The notes beneath the pieces were generated by a model. That model saw only the letters and a program-made list of their open reading frames with translations. It was not told the origin of the DNA and searched no databases. From the NCBI GenBank assembly GCA_905178155.1, contig CAJINV010000015.1, forward strand, positions 1,943,730 to 2,007,729: a stretch of DNA of 64,000 nucleotides. The letters are read 5' to 3'. Of the stretch, positions 46,304 to 58,300 are shown in pieces (position 1 is the first letter of the stretch; each line of letters starts with the position of its first letter). This stretch comes from Amoebophrya sp. A120 (Eukaryota > Protista > Dinoflagellata). The position numbers and the translations under genes are program-made.

Positions 46304-48591
46304 GACCTGAAAAAAATGAGAGAATGAGCAGAAGCAGCATGTGCATGTGGATCGAGACTGTAGATCCGTGGGGAAACAAAACGTACTTCATCCACGACCA
46401 GAGTAAGTGAGCCAACACTTGGAACAGACACACGGGGTTCTTGCGGCAGTGACGTGCAGAGTCCTACTGCATCCTCGGCGCAAACGCTTCGATTATATCC
46501 TTAATATTCAACGCAGTATTTGTATTTCTTTTTCTTCTTTCTACGAGAGGTTTCAAGATCTGTTTTGCTTTTGCAGTTGTTACGGTAGAGCTTTCACTTT
46601 CACCTGGAGAGCCCTCGTCTTGCTCTTGTCTTTCTTCTATCTCGCGAGCATGCTGCATGTGCATCGACAAAGTTGCGGTGTCGGTCTACACGATCTTCTT
46701 GTTTTTGAAGCCCGGCTCCATCATGTTGAGCAGTCGCATTTACAAGACTGTAAAGCTTGTGCACGCCAATGGCAGCTGTTTTCGTAATAAATCGTGCTGG
46801 TTCCGCAGACGCTCCATGAGCGGTTCGTCTATCGGCCGCCAGAAAGACCAATTCCAGCTTGAATGTGCTAGTGCTGGTGTGTCTGTTATAGGTTTATCTA
46901 ATTCCTGTAGCTACAATTTCTCCTAGTATTTACGTATGCGTACTCACTAGCGAAAGGAGGCAAGTGCAGTTACGTTTACGCCAACGCTGAAGCAACATCC
47001 GTAATTGATGGTTAATAACTCGTCACCGCTTTTTATTTTTAGCCCCCTTCTGCTATAAATTATCAAAGCGAAGCAGCCGATCTGCACCTCTGAGGACCTT
47101 CAACTTCTCATCTTGGAGTCGAACCATGGACGTCATCCACGTCTTGCGTGCGTCTCCTCGGTGAGCCTGCAACTCCTGAGAAATCAAAAATGAAAAAACT
47201 ACGTGAAATCATCTGTTGCTGGCGAAAGCAAGTACTTACCATTTACAGAAAGTTGAAACGCTAATATCATTCATAAAATTACGAAAAGGTTTTGCAGCCT
47301 TTCAAAGTTAAAGTTTCAGTCTGAGTTTTTTATTGAGAAATAATTTGCGCGAAGATATTTTTAGTGATATCCTCTTCCATATATTAAATTTCTGTGTGGA
47401 CTGCCACTGCTGCACAAATTCAAAAGGTATTGACAAAGCTGCTCAGCCGACCTGCCTGCCTGTAGGTGCAGACATATAGGAGCAACTAGATGAGGTAAGT
47501 ATGAACAGATTATGATGAGAGCATAAATCTTCAGAAAGTCAGAAACTTGCGTCACTTCGTTCGCTTGTTCGCTGCCCATCACCAGTGCAAAGGTAAGCGA
47601 ACGATAGCTGACGACTGATAGAGATGATATCTTACGGGATTAGAGCAAACTTCAAAGAAGTTGTAGACACCTGGAGAACTATGGATATCATTAGGTAGAT
47701 CAAATCCCGCGCTCGTTGATGATCATCGCCATTGGCAAGGGACAGCCGTGCAAGTGTTTCAGTTCAACATAGTGCAAAGGCCCAAAATTTTGGGTCGTGT
47801 TTCATGATTAGGCTGTGAGTAGGACTGGCCGTCCTCGCCCCCCCCAGGCTGCTGCGTACGGCAGTAAGTAATCAGAGCGCAATAAGATCAGTGCAAGCGA
47901 GCAGATAGGTAAGCCCGCGTGCCTGCTGTCAAGCAGCAAGTTTGCGTATGGCGGATGGAGAAAGGTGAGCGCAAACTCTGCCAGGCGCGCGGGGCTTCGC
48001 TCCGTGAAAATCGAAAATGTGCGCCGGTTTGCCGGTAGCCGCCGGAGGAGCGGGAAGCCGACCGGGCGTGGGCCTTCTGCCTGTGAGGGGAGTGCGTACG
48101 CAGCCCATCCCCAGTGAGGTCTGGGTCTGCGGCATCTACACCCCGGTAGGAGGTTCGCCGGCGCTTCACCTTCGGGGCTTTGCAAAATGTGCGCCGGTTT
48201 GCCGGCGTGCGTCTATGGTTCAACATTATAACGCTTGATATTTTGAGAATGAACACAAGGAGCTCACGGGCACAACGCTCGCGGCCAAAAGTCTAGGACA
48301 GGTCGTCGAGCACTCATGTAAAGATATACAAGCAAGAAGTGAACCCCCACAGCGGGAGCGTCGTGTCTGTGTGTTTCTGAGGATGTGTTCGACCTAATGA
48401 TGATCTTTATCAACGGGCTGGCTTGGTTTGGCGTGATAATGGATATCATTAGGTAGATCAAATCCCGCGCTCGTTGATGATCATCGCCATTGGCAAGGGA
48501 CAGCCGTGCAAGTGTTTCAGTTCAACATAGTGCAAAGGCCCAAAATTTTTTTTTTTCAAGCTGTGTGAGCCCGCAAGAGTCCCAGCAAAGA

Positions 48592-49833
48592 ATGGACGCC
48601 GACTACCTTGCGATGATCGGAGCCGGGGCCGACGTCCTCTTCGGCTGCGATCTGGAGGTGCGCGGACCTCAGGAAAGCCAGGGCGCCAGCCCTCAGGAAT
48701 CTCGCCACCCGCCGCAGTGCAATGACAAGGGCGACCCGCATGAGCCTGCCAAGAAGCGGAGGTTCGTCCGGGAGGAGAAGAAGTTGGGGGCCGGAGATGG
48801 TCCTCAGAAAATGCGCGCCGGTTTGCCGGGGAGGGTCGACGACGTCCTCGCAGGACTAAGCGCGAACCCGGCAGCAGTAGAGGAGTTAGTTCAGGAGTTC
48901 GAGGGCCAGCAGCTCTCCGCGGCGACGAAGAAGCAGCAGCAGAAGGCGTTCGAGACGTATTACCTGCCCATCTGCGCCCATTTCAAGTGGGACCCGGCGG
49001 AGCCCTGGAGCTCCGAAAGGATTAAGGCCACGGCCGCGGTCTTGGCGCGGTGCGACAACATCCCGAAATCGCGACACATCATGCTCGCACATGTCAAGGC
49101 CCGCATGTCCTGTGTCAGGCCACTGACCGACGCAGAGCAAAAGGACTACAGCCGCTGCTTCACACAGCTGCAAAAGGGGGTCATACAGGTGCAGCAGCAT
49201 CCCGTCTTGTTGTCATTTTGGAAGAAGGTCGACGGCATCAAGTCAGGCGCGGCCCCCTTCGCCGTTACCAAGGGCAAGACCTACGACCTCGGTGTCTTTC
49301 TCGACTTCTGCGTCACCGCCTGGTTTTTGTTCCAGCGGCCCGACGAGTTCAGGAACACCTCCCGGGAGGTCTATGAGGCGGGCGGAGAGTGGCGCGTCCA
49401 CTCATTTGTCAGCAAGTCCAAGGTAGACCAGTGCGAACGAGGTTGGCACGCCCGCATGCGTTGCTGCTGCAATGCCGTTCAGCCTTTGGGGCTCGCGCGG
49501 GTTCTCTGTCCGGTGCATGCGATACAGGAGAACGCTTGGGCCGGCTACGCCGCAGCACCGGGCGCGCATTTGCGAAAATGCATGGAAGAGGTGGTCCGCC
49601 GCTGCGACATGGAGGAGAAGCAGGACGGGCGGAGGCTGTGGAATCTGTACTCCTTCAGGATCGGAGGAGCGTCTGCCGCTGCGCAGGGAGGCCTGCCGCG
49701 AGAGGAGATCGCGCAGGTCGGAAGGTGGAAGAACATCGACACGGAGTTACGCTACGAGGGCAATCGTGCAGTGAATGTGACGGAGCAATTTGCTCTGCCC
49801 TGGCCACTTGTTCAAGCGTCTCTGCTACAATGA
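48592..49833 (+). CDS. Tyrosine recombinase
   Basis: FQRPDEF, SKSKVDQ, CPVH, LYSFRIGGASAAA..GRWK....LRY catalytic pattern. Confidence 0.9.
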   Translation: MDADYLAMIGAGADVLFGCDLEVRGPQESQGASPQESRHPPQCNDKGDPHEPAKKRRFVREEKKLGAGDGPQKMRAGLPGRVDDVLAGLSANPAAVEELVQEFEGQQLSAATKKQQQKAFETYYLPICAHFKWDPAEPWSSERIKATAAVLARCDNIPKSRHIMLAHVKARMSCVRPLTDAEQKDYSRCFTQLQKGVIQVQQHPVLLSFWKKVDGIKSGAAPFAVTKGKTYDLGVFLDFCVTAWFLFQRPDEFRNTSREVYEAGGEWRVHSFVSKSKVDQCERGWHARMRCCCNAVQPLGLARVLCPVHAIQENAWAGYAAAPGAHLRKCMEEVVRRCDMEEKQDGRRLWNLYSFRIGGASAAAQGGLPREEIAQVGRWKNIDTELRYEGNRAVNVTEQFALPWPLVQASLLQ

Positions 49834-50168
49834 AGACAATGATGATCATTTCGCGAACAAATTGCAATCTGACCACACTCGATGGAAATAGTTGGCACCT
49901 CCGTGAAGGGCTTTCAGGTTCGAAATTTTCAGACAGTTCGATGAGTATGCACGCGCTCCGCGCGAACAATGATCCCCCGCGCCCTGTGTGCCGCGGCTTG
50001 ACCATGCCACGCACATTCCTTGTTCAGTATAAATTCCCACACTTGAGACAGGACTCACCACGACCGCGCGTCGCGTTAGCTGCAGAATTCAAGCTCAGAG
50101 CGAGTTTTCGCGTCAGTCGCTCCGCACAGTTTACACGTATTGCATTGATTTCATCACAGCAGTTCAGG

Positions 50169-50972
50169 ATGGCCGCTAATCAGGCGCTCGCGCAGGGCCT
50201 TGCCGGGTTGTTCGCGGACGCGGGCATCGCGGTGCCGGCTACCCCGGCCCAGATCCAGGCCTTCAATAACTCCGTGGTGGACGTCCCGGAAGAGTACAAG
50301 CCCAACTTCCAGCAGGTCACGAAGGTGCGCCGCCATTATGAGGCGGAAACCTTAGCCAAGTGCGTCACTGTTGTGAAGAAGGAGCCCGACTTCACGCCCT
50401 TCGTCTTCGTGTCCTGCCTGCTCTCGATCGGGGCCATCCTGATGGACCACATGACCGCTGCGCACACGTTCATCACGACGCAATCGATGGGCAAGGGGCA
50501 CGAATCCGGCGACGGCAAGGCCGCCGTGTTCAAGATCTGGTGGGACTCCGCTGAGAGCGCGTTCCGCACGATGGCGCCCGCCCCCGCGGGGGTGGCGGCC
50601 GGGCAGCAGTACCAGTGGCGCATCCGGATGGCTTTGACCGTCGGGCTCAAGACCGAGGTGAAGAACTCGTTGTTGTTGAAGAAGGCCGACGACGCGACGG
50701 ATGCCAAGCTGTCCAAGTTGGAGGCGCGTTTCGAGCAGAAGTTGAAAGCCCTGGGGAACAAGCGTCCCGGGGGTGGCGACGCGGGAGCCCCGGCGAGCAA
50801 GAAGCAGGCTAAGGACATGATCTGCGAGCAGTACATGAAGGGCTCTTGCTCCTATGGCGGCAGCTGCAAGCTCAAGCACGGCGGAAGCTTGAGTCTCATG
50901 CAGTACATCAACAAGAACAAGGGCTTCGGGTTGTCGGAGAGCCACATGAAGGAGAAAGCGACCGAGCCCTAG
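50169..50972 (+). CDS. Gag-like protein with a C-terminal CCCH zinc finger
   Basis: ATG at 50169; CEQYMKGSCSYGGSCKLKH (C-x7-C-x5-C-x3-H). Confidence 0.75.
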   Translation: MAANQALAQGLAGLFADAGIAVPATPAQIQAFNNSVVDVPEEYKPNFQQVTKVRRHYEAETLAKCVTVVKKEPDFTPFVFVSCLLSIGAILMDHMTAAHTFITTQSMGKGHESGDGKAAVFKIWWDSAESAFRTMAPAPAGVAAGQQYQWRIRMALTVGLKTEVKNSLLLKKADDATDAKLSKLEARFEQKLKALGNKRPGGGDAGAPASKKQAKDMICEQYMKGSCSYGGSCKLKHGGSLSLMQYINKNKGFGLSESHMKEKATEP

Positions 50973-51807
50973 GCCTGTCGTACGTAACTCAGGAAAGCCG
51001 TCGTCTCCGTGACTTCGGTCAAGATTTTTCAGGAACTCAAATTGTCAGGAATGTGCTCCGGTTTGCCGGACATGCCCTCCAAGCCTGTTCGCTGCGGTTT
51101 CGGAGGTGCGCCTCCGCCAGCCCCTCGAACGACGAGTCCTTCCAAAATGTGCGCCGGTTTGCCGGACCTCACTCACAGGAATCACAAGAGTCGCACTGGA
51201 GTAGGGTGGTCGAAAATGTGCGCCGGTTTGCCGCATCGACTCGATTCGGGAAGATGTTTATCGGACGGGACGTGCTCCCACTCAAGAACACACGATGATG
51301 AATGTTGAAACAGCTGTGTTTGCCAGCCGTTTGGCCACTCAGTTGCTCGGACCTATTTGATGCAATTTTGTGCGGAGCCGGTAGTGTTTTACTGTCCAAT
51401 CAAGATAAAGAAATGCGCAGCGTACACGCACGATGAAGGCCAAGGGTGGAGGCCCTTTCGGCTGCTGTCCGCAGCGGGCGGCTCCCCCTTGTGCTTGTTC
51501 GGTTCATCAATGGCCTCGGGCCGTGTTCAGTCTCGGGGCAGTTGGGCAAGGAAACCGGGCGTCGCCGATTCCGGGACGAGGTGAGGTTGCTTTGGTAGGT
51601 CCGGGATGTTGTTGGATTTGTTTTTCGGATGATATGACCCACAGCGACCTCTCGACGTATTGGCTTGATTTGATTTGATTTTGCTTTGTGTTTCTGTGAC
51701 TTGATTTGATTCGAAGTTGATTTCTACCCGGCCTACCTAACTTAACAAGTAAGAGAACGAAGCGCCCCTTCTCCTTCTCCGCGTAGTCTAGAACCCTCCC
51801 TATCGCA

Positions 51808-54225
51808 ATGAGCGCCGAGGCCCAGAACAGGCAGGGGACCCCGCTAGGGGCGGTGGTGCAGCGCGATACTGCGCGGACATACGGCCGGCGGGACGTCCTT
51901 CCGGATTTCTTTTTGCCAGTCATCGACGAGGTGAAGAGCTCCTCCGCCGATGAAATAAACGTCGCGACCCAGCGGCTGGCTGGGTGGCTGCTGCAGGTGC
52001 ATTTGGATTCAGCTCAGGAAAATGAATCTCTGCTCGCGCAGATGGTTGCAGATGTGCGGCTCGTGTACAAAGATAAGCAATGGGCCTTCTTCCTTCGGTT
52101 ATTGGCCCGGGCTTGCGACGTCGCCGGCTTCTCGCCCGAGCGCAGGCGGAAGGTCCTCGGGCTGCGAGAGAAGATCGTCGCCGGTTTCAAAACCGACGAA
52201 GACATAGACCCCTCGGGCCTTTGGGTATCGGTTGCGGATGACATTGGCCTCTCCCATCGTGATGAGGCCCTGGAGCAAAAGAAAGCGCAGATATTCGGCG
52301 CGGATGAGGCGCGAAAGTTGCCTGCGGACACATGGGCCGAGCCGGAGGACATCAAGGAGATGCAGCGCCAGGCTACTAAGATGCTGGCTACGGGAAAGTG
52401 GGTCAAGGTCGAGCAGGCAAAGACCCGGCCTGCTGTCTGCTTCCCGGTGAAGCAGAAGAACAAGACGCGCCTCTGCATCGACCTACGCCGGCATAATGCA
52501 TGCGTCAAGGTCCGCGAGAAAATGAGGCTCTTGGGAGGCCGCGCATCGTGCGAGATTGTGACGCGGCTGGCAAGTAGCAACGTGCGGCCCGTCACCCTGT
52601 TCCAGTGCAAAAGAGACGTCACGCAGGACATCTTCGACGAGCGCAAGTTTCTGAAGGAGGTGCGCGAAGCGGGCGTCGCTGGTCGGCCGTGCCACGAGCC
52701 CGCCCCGCTCTCTGTGTGCGAGGACGACCCCGATCTCGAGCTGCGGGCGAGGGACGTGGCGTCCAGTTTCATCCCCGCAAGCGAAACCAAGGACATGGAG
52801 TCCTATTATTACAATTTCGCAGTAGCGGACAGGGCGAAGAACGTGTTCGTCGTCCCCAGGCTCACGGCGGAGGAGGAGGAAGCCTTCGCAAGCGGGCTGG
52901 TCCCCCAGAAGCGCAAAACCGCTGCGCGGCGTTGGGACGTCATCGAGAGCCTGGTAACAGTTTTCGGAAGCATAGTCTCCGTGTATGAGGATGTCGCCTG
53001 CTCAGAGGCTATCATGCTGGTGCTGGTTTGTATTTTACGCAAACTGGCACCAGTATACATCGATGACATCCATCTGATGGATAGAGTAAAAAGTATGCCA
53101 CAGAGCTCGGCTCTTGTCGATCTATTTTTATCGTTGTGTGGCTTTCCGCAGCAGGCGGCCAAGCAAGATCGTAACTACTTGCCGTCTGGGGGCGAAAGGG
53201 ACATCCAGCAGAGGAGCCTGGTGGCGCTCGGGCTAGCCTATACGCGTTCAAGCTGCGAGCAGTTCCTGTCAGTCGCCCCCGCGGCTGAGAAGGTCGCGCA
53301 CCTCCAAGAGCTCTTGTCCGACTTGCTGGGTGCAATACGGCGTCGTGGTGCTACTAGGGAGGCGGTCGAGACCGTGCGAGGGCTCTTCCAACACTGCGCG
53401 CAGCTCGATGCAGGTGCTGTCGGTGTTGTGCGGGGTCTTGATGTTTGGTGCAGCGACAAGTTCAACAGGCGCATCAAGGACCCAAGAGAGCGTAGGCAGC
53501 TGCTTGCGACGGTCCTCCTTTTGCAGCTGCAGGCAGGTAGCCTGCGGCCGAAGATAATCCGTAAGGGGTTCCCGTCCCGGGTTATCCATGTGTATGGTGA
53601 CGCGTCATTGGACGACTTCACAAAAGCGAAGCCGTCGAGGCCGGGGTGGTATTGCACGCGCGCGTGCGGTATCTATATCGGCGCGCTGATGTTGAACGCG
53701 GACCACTCGCGTGGACATGGTTTCACGTTCCATGTGCAGGAGGTGCCCGCCTGGGTGGCGCACCTGAAGCCGGACATCGCGTTCTTCGAGACCCTTTGCG
53801 CGCATGTGGCGCACTTGTTCTTCGCCGTGGACCTCGCTCCCGGCGACGCGTTGGTGGTGCATCATGTTGACAACACGGCCGAGTGTTATAGCATTGTGAA
53901 GGGTTCATGCGGCAACTTCGCGTCGCAGATACTTCTCCATCAACTGCACAAGGACACAGCAGGCCGTGAAATTTACTGGGCCTGGATTGCTAGCGCTCGC
54001 AATCTAAGCGACCCGCTGACACGCTTGGAGAAGATCGCTGCGCTGCAGCAGGCACTGCCGACCTCGGTGCAGGAGCTGGAGCCAGGCCGGATCCCCTGGC
54101 TAGTGTACAAGGGCGCTCGGGAAATGCTGGAGAGCACAGGACGACGGCAGCATTTGGCGGACAAGCAGCGTGCGAGACACGCGGCCAAGAAAAGGAAGTG
54201 TGAACCCGTTCACCCGAAAGGGTGA
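51808..54225 (+). CDS. Reverse transcriptase - RNase H
   Basis: FPVKQKNKTRLCIDLR, KDMESYYYN, VFG, YIDD; RNase H YGDAS, FFE, HVDN, RNLSDPLTR; no methyltransferase domain follows. Confidence 0.92.
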   Translation: MSAEAQNRQGTPLGAVVQRDTARTYGRRDVLPDFFLPVIDEVKSSSADEINVATQRLAGWLLQVHLDSAQENESLLAQMVADVRLVYKDKQWAFFLRLLARACDVAGFSPERRRKVLGLREKIVAGFKTDEDIDPSGLWVSVADDIGLSHRDEALEQKKAQIFGADEARKLPADTWAEPEDIKEMQRQATKMLATGKWVKVEQAKTRPAVCFPVKQKNKTRLCIDLRRHNACVKVREKMRLLGGRASCEIVTRLASSNVRPVTLFQCKRDVTQDIFDERKFLKEVREAGVAGRPCHEPAPLSVCEDDPDLELRARDVASSFIPASETKDMESYYYNFAVADRAKNVFVVPRLTAEEEEAFASGLVPQKRKTAARRWDVIESLVTVFGSIVSVYEDVACSEAIMLVLVCILRKLAPVYIDDIHLMDRVKSMPQSSALVDLFLSLCGFPQQAAKQDRNYLPSGGERDIQQRSLVALGLAYTRSSCEQFLSVAPAAEKVAHLQELLSDLLGAIRRRGATREAVETVRGLFQHCAQLDAGAVGVVRGLDVWCSDKFNRRIKDPRERRQLLATVLLLQLQAGSLRPKIIRKGFPSRVIHVYGDASLDDFTKAKPSRPGWYCTRACGIYIGALMLNADHSRGHGFTFHVQEVPAWVAHLKPDIAFFETLCAHVAHLFFAVDLAPGDALVVHHVDNTAECYSIVKGSCGNFASQILLHQLHKDTAGREIYWAWIASARNLSDPLTRLEKIAALQQALPTSVQELEPGRIPWLVYKGAREMLESTGRRQHLADKQRARHAAKKRKCEPVHPKG

Positions 54226-55369
54226 CCCTGCTCTGCCAGGGAAGGTGTTCGACGACCTGTTCCGAGCGTCCTCCTTTCGGTGGGCGCAAACTGCGTTGGC
54301 CCGGAGTTTCGAGGAGCACGAGCGGTGAGCGCAAACTCTGCCAGGCGCGCGGGGCTTCGCTCCGTGAAAATCGAAAATGTGCGCCGGTTTGCCGGTAGCC
54401 GCCGGAGGAGCGGGAAGCCGACCGGGCGTGGGCCTTCTGCCTGTGAGGGGAGTGCGTACGCAGCCCATCCCCAGTGAGGTCTGGGTCTGCGGCATCTACA
54501 CCCCGGTAGGAGGTTCGCCGGCGCTTCACCTTCGGGGCTTTGCAAAATGTGCGCCGGTTTGCCGGCGTGCGTCTATGGTTCAACATTATAACGCTTGATA
54601 TTTTGAGAATGAACACAAGGAGCTCACGGGCACAACGCTCGCGGCCAAAAGTCTAGGACAGGTCGTCGAGCACTCATGTAAAGATATACAAGCAAGAAGT
54701 GAACCCCCACAGCGGGAGCGTCGTGTCTGTGTGTTTCTGAGGATGTGTTCGACCTAATGATGATCTTTATCAACGGGCTGGCTTGGTTTGGCGTGATAAA
54801 GCTACACAATCGCAAACAAATTGATAATATTGTTCAGCTTCAGGTATTCTTGTGTGCACACAACGATAGAGGTGCACTGGAACTGGTGCTATGTTTTCTT
54901 TGTTATACCAAAGAGAGTCGCTTTATCATTATAGCACTCTTATTCGGTGTGCAGCCTCTACGTACTTCTAATTACAGGTTGTTTCGGTTTGATGTACTTC
55001 CAGTCTATACGTGCATCAGCGATTGCAAAGTGATGCGACTTCACACGATGATAACATTAGCATAGTCTAATCCTGATTAACCGGTGGAGGCTCCGTATCC
55101 ACCTACAGCAGCAAATGTTGAGCCACAGGAACTAATTCCGGTCGGAAAAATAACTTGTCCTGCTGTGGTGGTGCACGACTCAATTTATTGTGTAGCCTTT
55201 CGCTCCCGCCAGACCAGCTAGGGCACCAGACGCACCACTCAGCATCACTTTAGTATTCCGTTTCCGGTAAAGTTAAAGAGCGGAGCGACTGCTCCATATC
55301 TTCCCTACCCGCCTTCTGAACAAAATCCAGGTCGATTGTTCCTTCTTCTACGACTGTGCCCGCGGTATT

Positions 55370-58300
55370 TCAATCGCTTGTTCCGAAGATCTCTTCCTGC
55401 AGCCCGAGAAGTTGCACGACAGATTGCACAAAAGCATCACGCTCGCTGTTTATTTTGTCTTGTTGCTGTTGCACCGCGGAGGTAGAAGATGCTGCGCCAG
55501 CCGCTTGTGCTTCTGCTTCCTGCGCTGGAACTGCTCCTCCCGCCACTCTATCTCGTCTCCTCCCGCGAGGACCTCCAGCACCGTTGTTTGGAGGAATAAC
55601 TTCTGACTCCCCCGCGGCTTTCCCTTCCCGATCCGCGGCTTCGTAAGCGGTTTGCAGCAAAACTTCCGCAAACTTCTTCCGGGCTTCTTGCAACTGTCGC
55701 ACGTGTTCCTCGTGAAATCTCCGGATATCCTGGCAAGACCGCCAATCTGTGGGCACGAGGTCGGCTGGCAGCGGGTCTTTCAACTTGTAGGCTTTGATCT
55801 CCGGGGAAGAAGCGACGGACGACTGAGCTAGGGAGAGGGGAGATTCTGGTTGCGCTTCATCTTCGGGAGCTGCGGGGAGTTCTGCAGGAGGAAGCTCTCT
55901 TTCTTCCTGTTGCAGCTGCGGTCCCACATTCCCCAAATCCAGTTGGCCAGTTCTCGTTTTCATCTCGACGTCAAGAACAAGATCCTCGACGTAATGCTCC
56001 TTCAAATTTCCCACAAACGTTTCCAAGCTCTCAACGTATCTCGAGCTGGACCCCAGGTAGTTCGACAGAGCATCTCCATAAACCCGGTCCATTTGCGAGT
56101 AATTTTCGAGGTGTTTTATCTGGGGAAACAGTCGATCCCCGACACTGTCGATGTTGTGGAAGAGGAGCTTCACTTCTTTTTTCGCCTTGGTGAATTCCTC
56201 CTTTAAATGGTTTTCTAGAGTGTCTTTCAACCGCTGACACTCGTCGACGAGGATTAATTGGAAAAAAGTGTTGTGCTCGTCTTCATCGACGTCAACATGT
56301 TCCGGATGCTGGTCGAGCAATTCTTTACCACAAGAACCAACCGTCTGCGAACTGCCGCGGCGTGACAAAAATTCGCTCTCGGCTCTGGTTGCTGCAGTAC
56401 TAGAATTTGTCCAGCCAATACTACTGCGACGAGAGGAAGAGAATCCGAGCTGTTCTTGTTCCGAGTGAAACTGTGGCTCGTGGTGCAGCGTCAGGTAGTA
56501 GTCTGCGTCTTTACGCTCGCCGCCAATTATGTCCTCAAGCAGTTTCCCGCCTATACTTGCCGAATCTTCCTGGCTGTAGTAGCTTTTTGCAGGCAAATGG
56601 TAAGTCGTGCCCGGCGGTGAAGAAGATGAGCCGCACCCGCTGGCGCTTTGACTCGGGAAGCAGGGCGCAGCTGCCGCACAACCGCCCGCAGGTCCTGGGG
56701 TGCCAGCAAGGCTGCTGCTACTAGCTTGAGTTGTGCATCTCGTTTCAAAGGAATCGAGTGTGCTACTTGCACCTGGAGGAGGGTCTTGGACTTCTCGAAG
56801 ATGAAGATGGACGGACGAGACGAGTTTATTTTTCGCTCGCGTCACAAGCAAAAAATCCTCCACGTCCATTGGCGATAACGAAGATGAAGCCGGGGCGTTG
56901 ACCAGTGGCGGAGGGGCACCCTCTTCAAAAATCCTCGGAAGATTGTCGGAAGACGAGGATGCGTTGCTCGGGCGCGGCGCGGCAGACGAAAAATCGTCTT
57001 TCGACGGGCGCATGGTTTTCTTCTTCTGTTGTAGTTTTTCCACAAGTACGCTCCGTTTCAAAATCTCCACCCGAACACTGTCGTGAATGCTGTCACCATA
57101 CTTCGCCCTGAGCCGTTGAATCACTTCGCCCACAGTGGTAATGTCTCGGATGATGTCGTCTAAAATGTAGCTGCCACTATTCCCACCGAGTGTCGTGAAT
57201 CTCACAGTATGCCGCCAAGATGAAATTGTCTTTGACGTCGTCGGCGTCTTGGGAGGTGGGCAACAGTCGCTCTCGTCTATTCTTCGTGGGGCTTCCTTTC
57301 CGTCGACGGTCGCAGGACGTGTTCTGTTAAGGTGGTGTGCATCAACCTCACTGAGATTGGCGACAAAGGAAATGCGATCGTTGCTGATAAGGTCACGCTC
57401 TTGCATTGCAGCGTCTTCAACCTGTTCGTCGGAGCTAGTAAAAACATCGACCTGGTACTGCCGCGCTGCTCCGCGCTGCAAAGGAGGTTGAGCTGGTTCT
57501 GACAGTGGCACAACTGCTCGCTGCTGCTCGTGTTCCTGTCTGGCCGGTGCCCGTGGCCCGGGCCGCGGTGGTCTGGTTTGTGCTTGCGAAGGAGCAGCAG
57601 AAGCTGCAGAAGAGCTCCGCCGTCTTGAAGACCACCCTCCTCCTCCGTTGCGATTCCTAGGAGGAGTCCGTGGGCGTGCTTTCGCCTCGCCTGGTGCCAC
57701 ATTCGGTGCCGGGCCGTCGAACGAAACTCTGCTCATCAAACTGCTGTTCCTCGCCGAAGAATTATACCCAGCGGCGGATGATGATGAACCTCCCGCGGAA
57801 GACCTCTGCGATGATGAAGGCCGGCGGCCGATTGAAGAAGAAGGGGATCTTCTGCCGCCACCAACAGTTCTTCTAGAACCCCTGCTAGAAACGCTGGAGA
57901 GCCTCGGCCCCGAGAGAGTACTAGAGCCTCGGCCAGAAGAACTTCTCGAAACGCCGGACTCTCTCCCAGTATCAGACTCTGCCCGGCCCCGACCTCCTTC
58001 GGAGGAAAAATACATCAGGCCGCTTTGCTGCAGAATGTGAGTGTCGATTCTCTCTTGGACTTGCCGCAGGGAAAGCTGGGTGCCCCGACTGGTGCTATTC
58101 AGGCCCTCTGGAAAAATGCTGCTAACTGGAATGCCGAAAGAACCGTGGCTTGACGAGGCTTCGCTCTGGTCGTAGTTGTTGCTGACCACGTTTACAATTT
58201 GAGGGTCATTGCCACCAGGAGCAGTGGCGTGATTATGTGCACTATCGGCCGCTCCTACCGCTGCGTGTTGTTGATCCTCGCTGTTTCTCCTCCTTCGTCT

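Larger units (their letters stand above)
47681..54799 (+). mobile_element. Tyrosine-recombinase retrotransposon (DIRS order; PAT/Ngaro-type split direct repeats)
   Basis: A1 47681-47791, B1 47964-48439, A2 48439-48549, B2 54324-54799 (copies identical by eye); YR, gag and RT-RH ORFs; no TSD. Confidence 0.92.

Noticed and set aside
46464-46851. Short coding-like segment
   Set aside because: In-frame stop and no recognisable domain; cannot support a gene call.
49389-50168. N-terminal half of the 527-aa ORF
   Set aside because: Overlaps the YR ORF in another frame and starts at a non-ATG codon; gag more plausibly starts at ATG 50169.
47964-54799. 476-bp direct repeats as LTRs of a Gypsy/Copia element
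   Set aside because: No TG..CA ends, TSD, integrase or protease; a tyrosine recombinase and a second split repeat are present.
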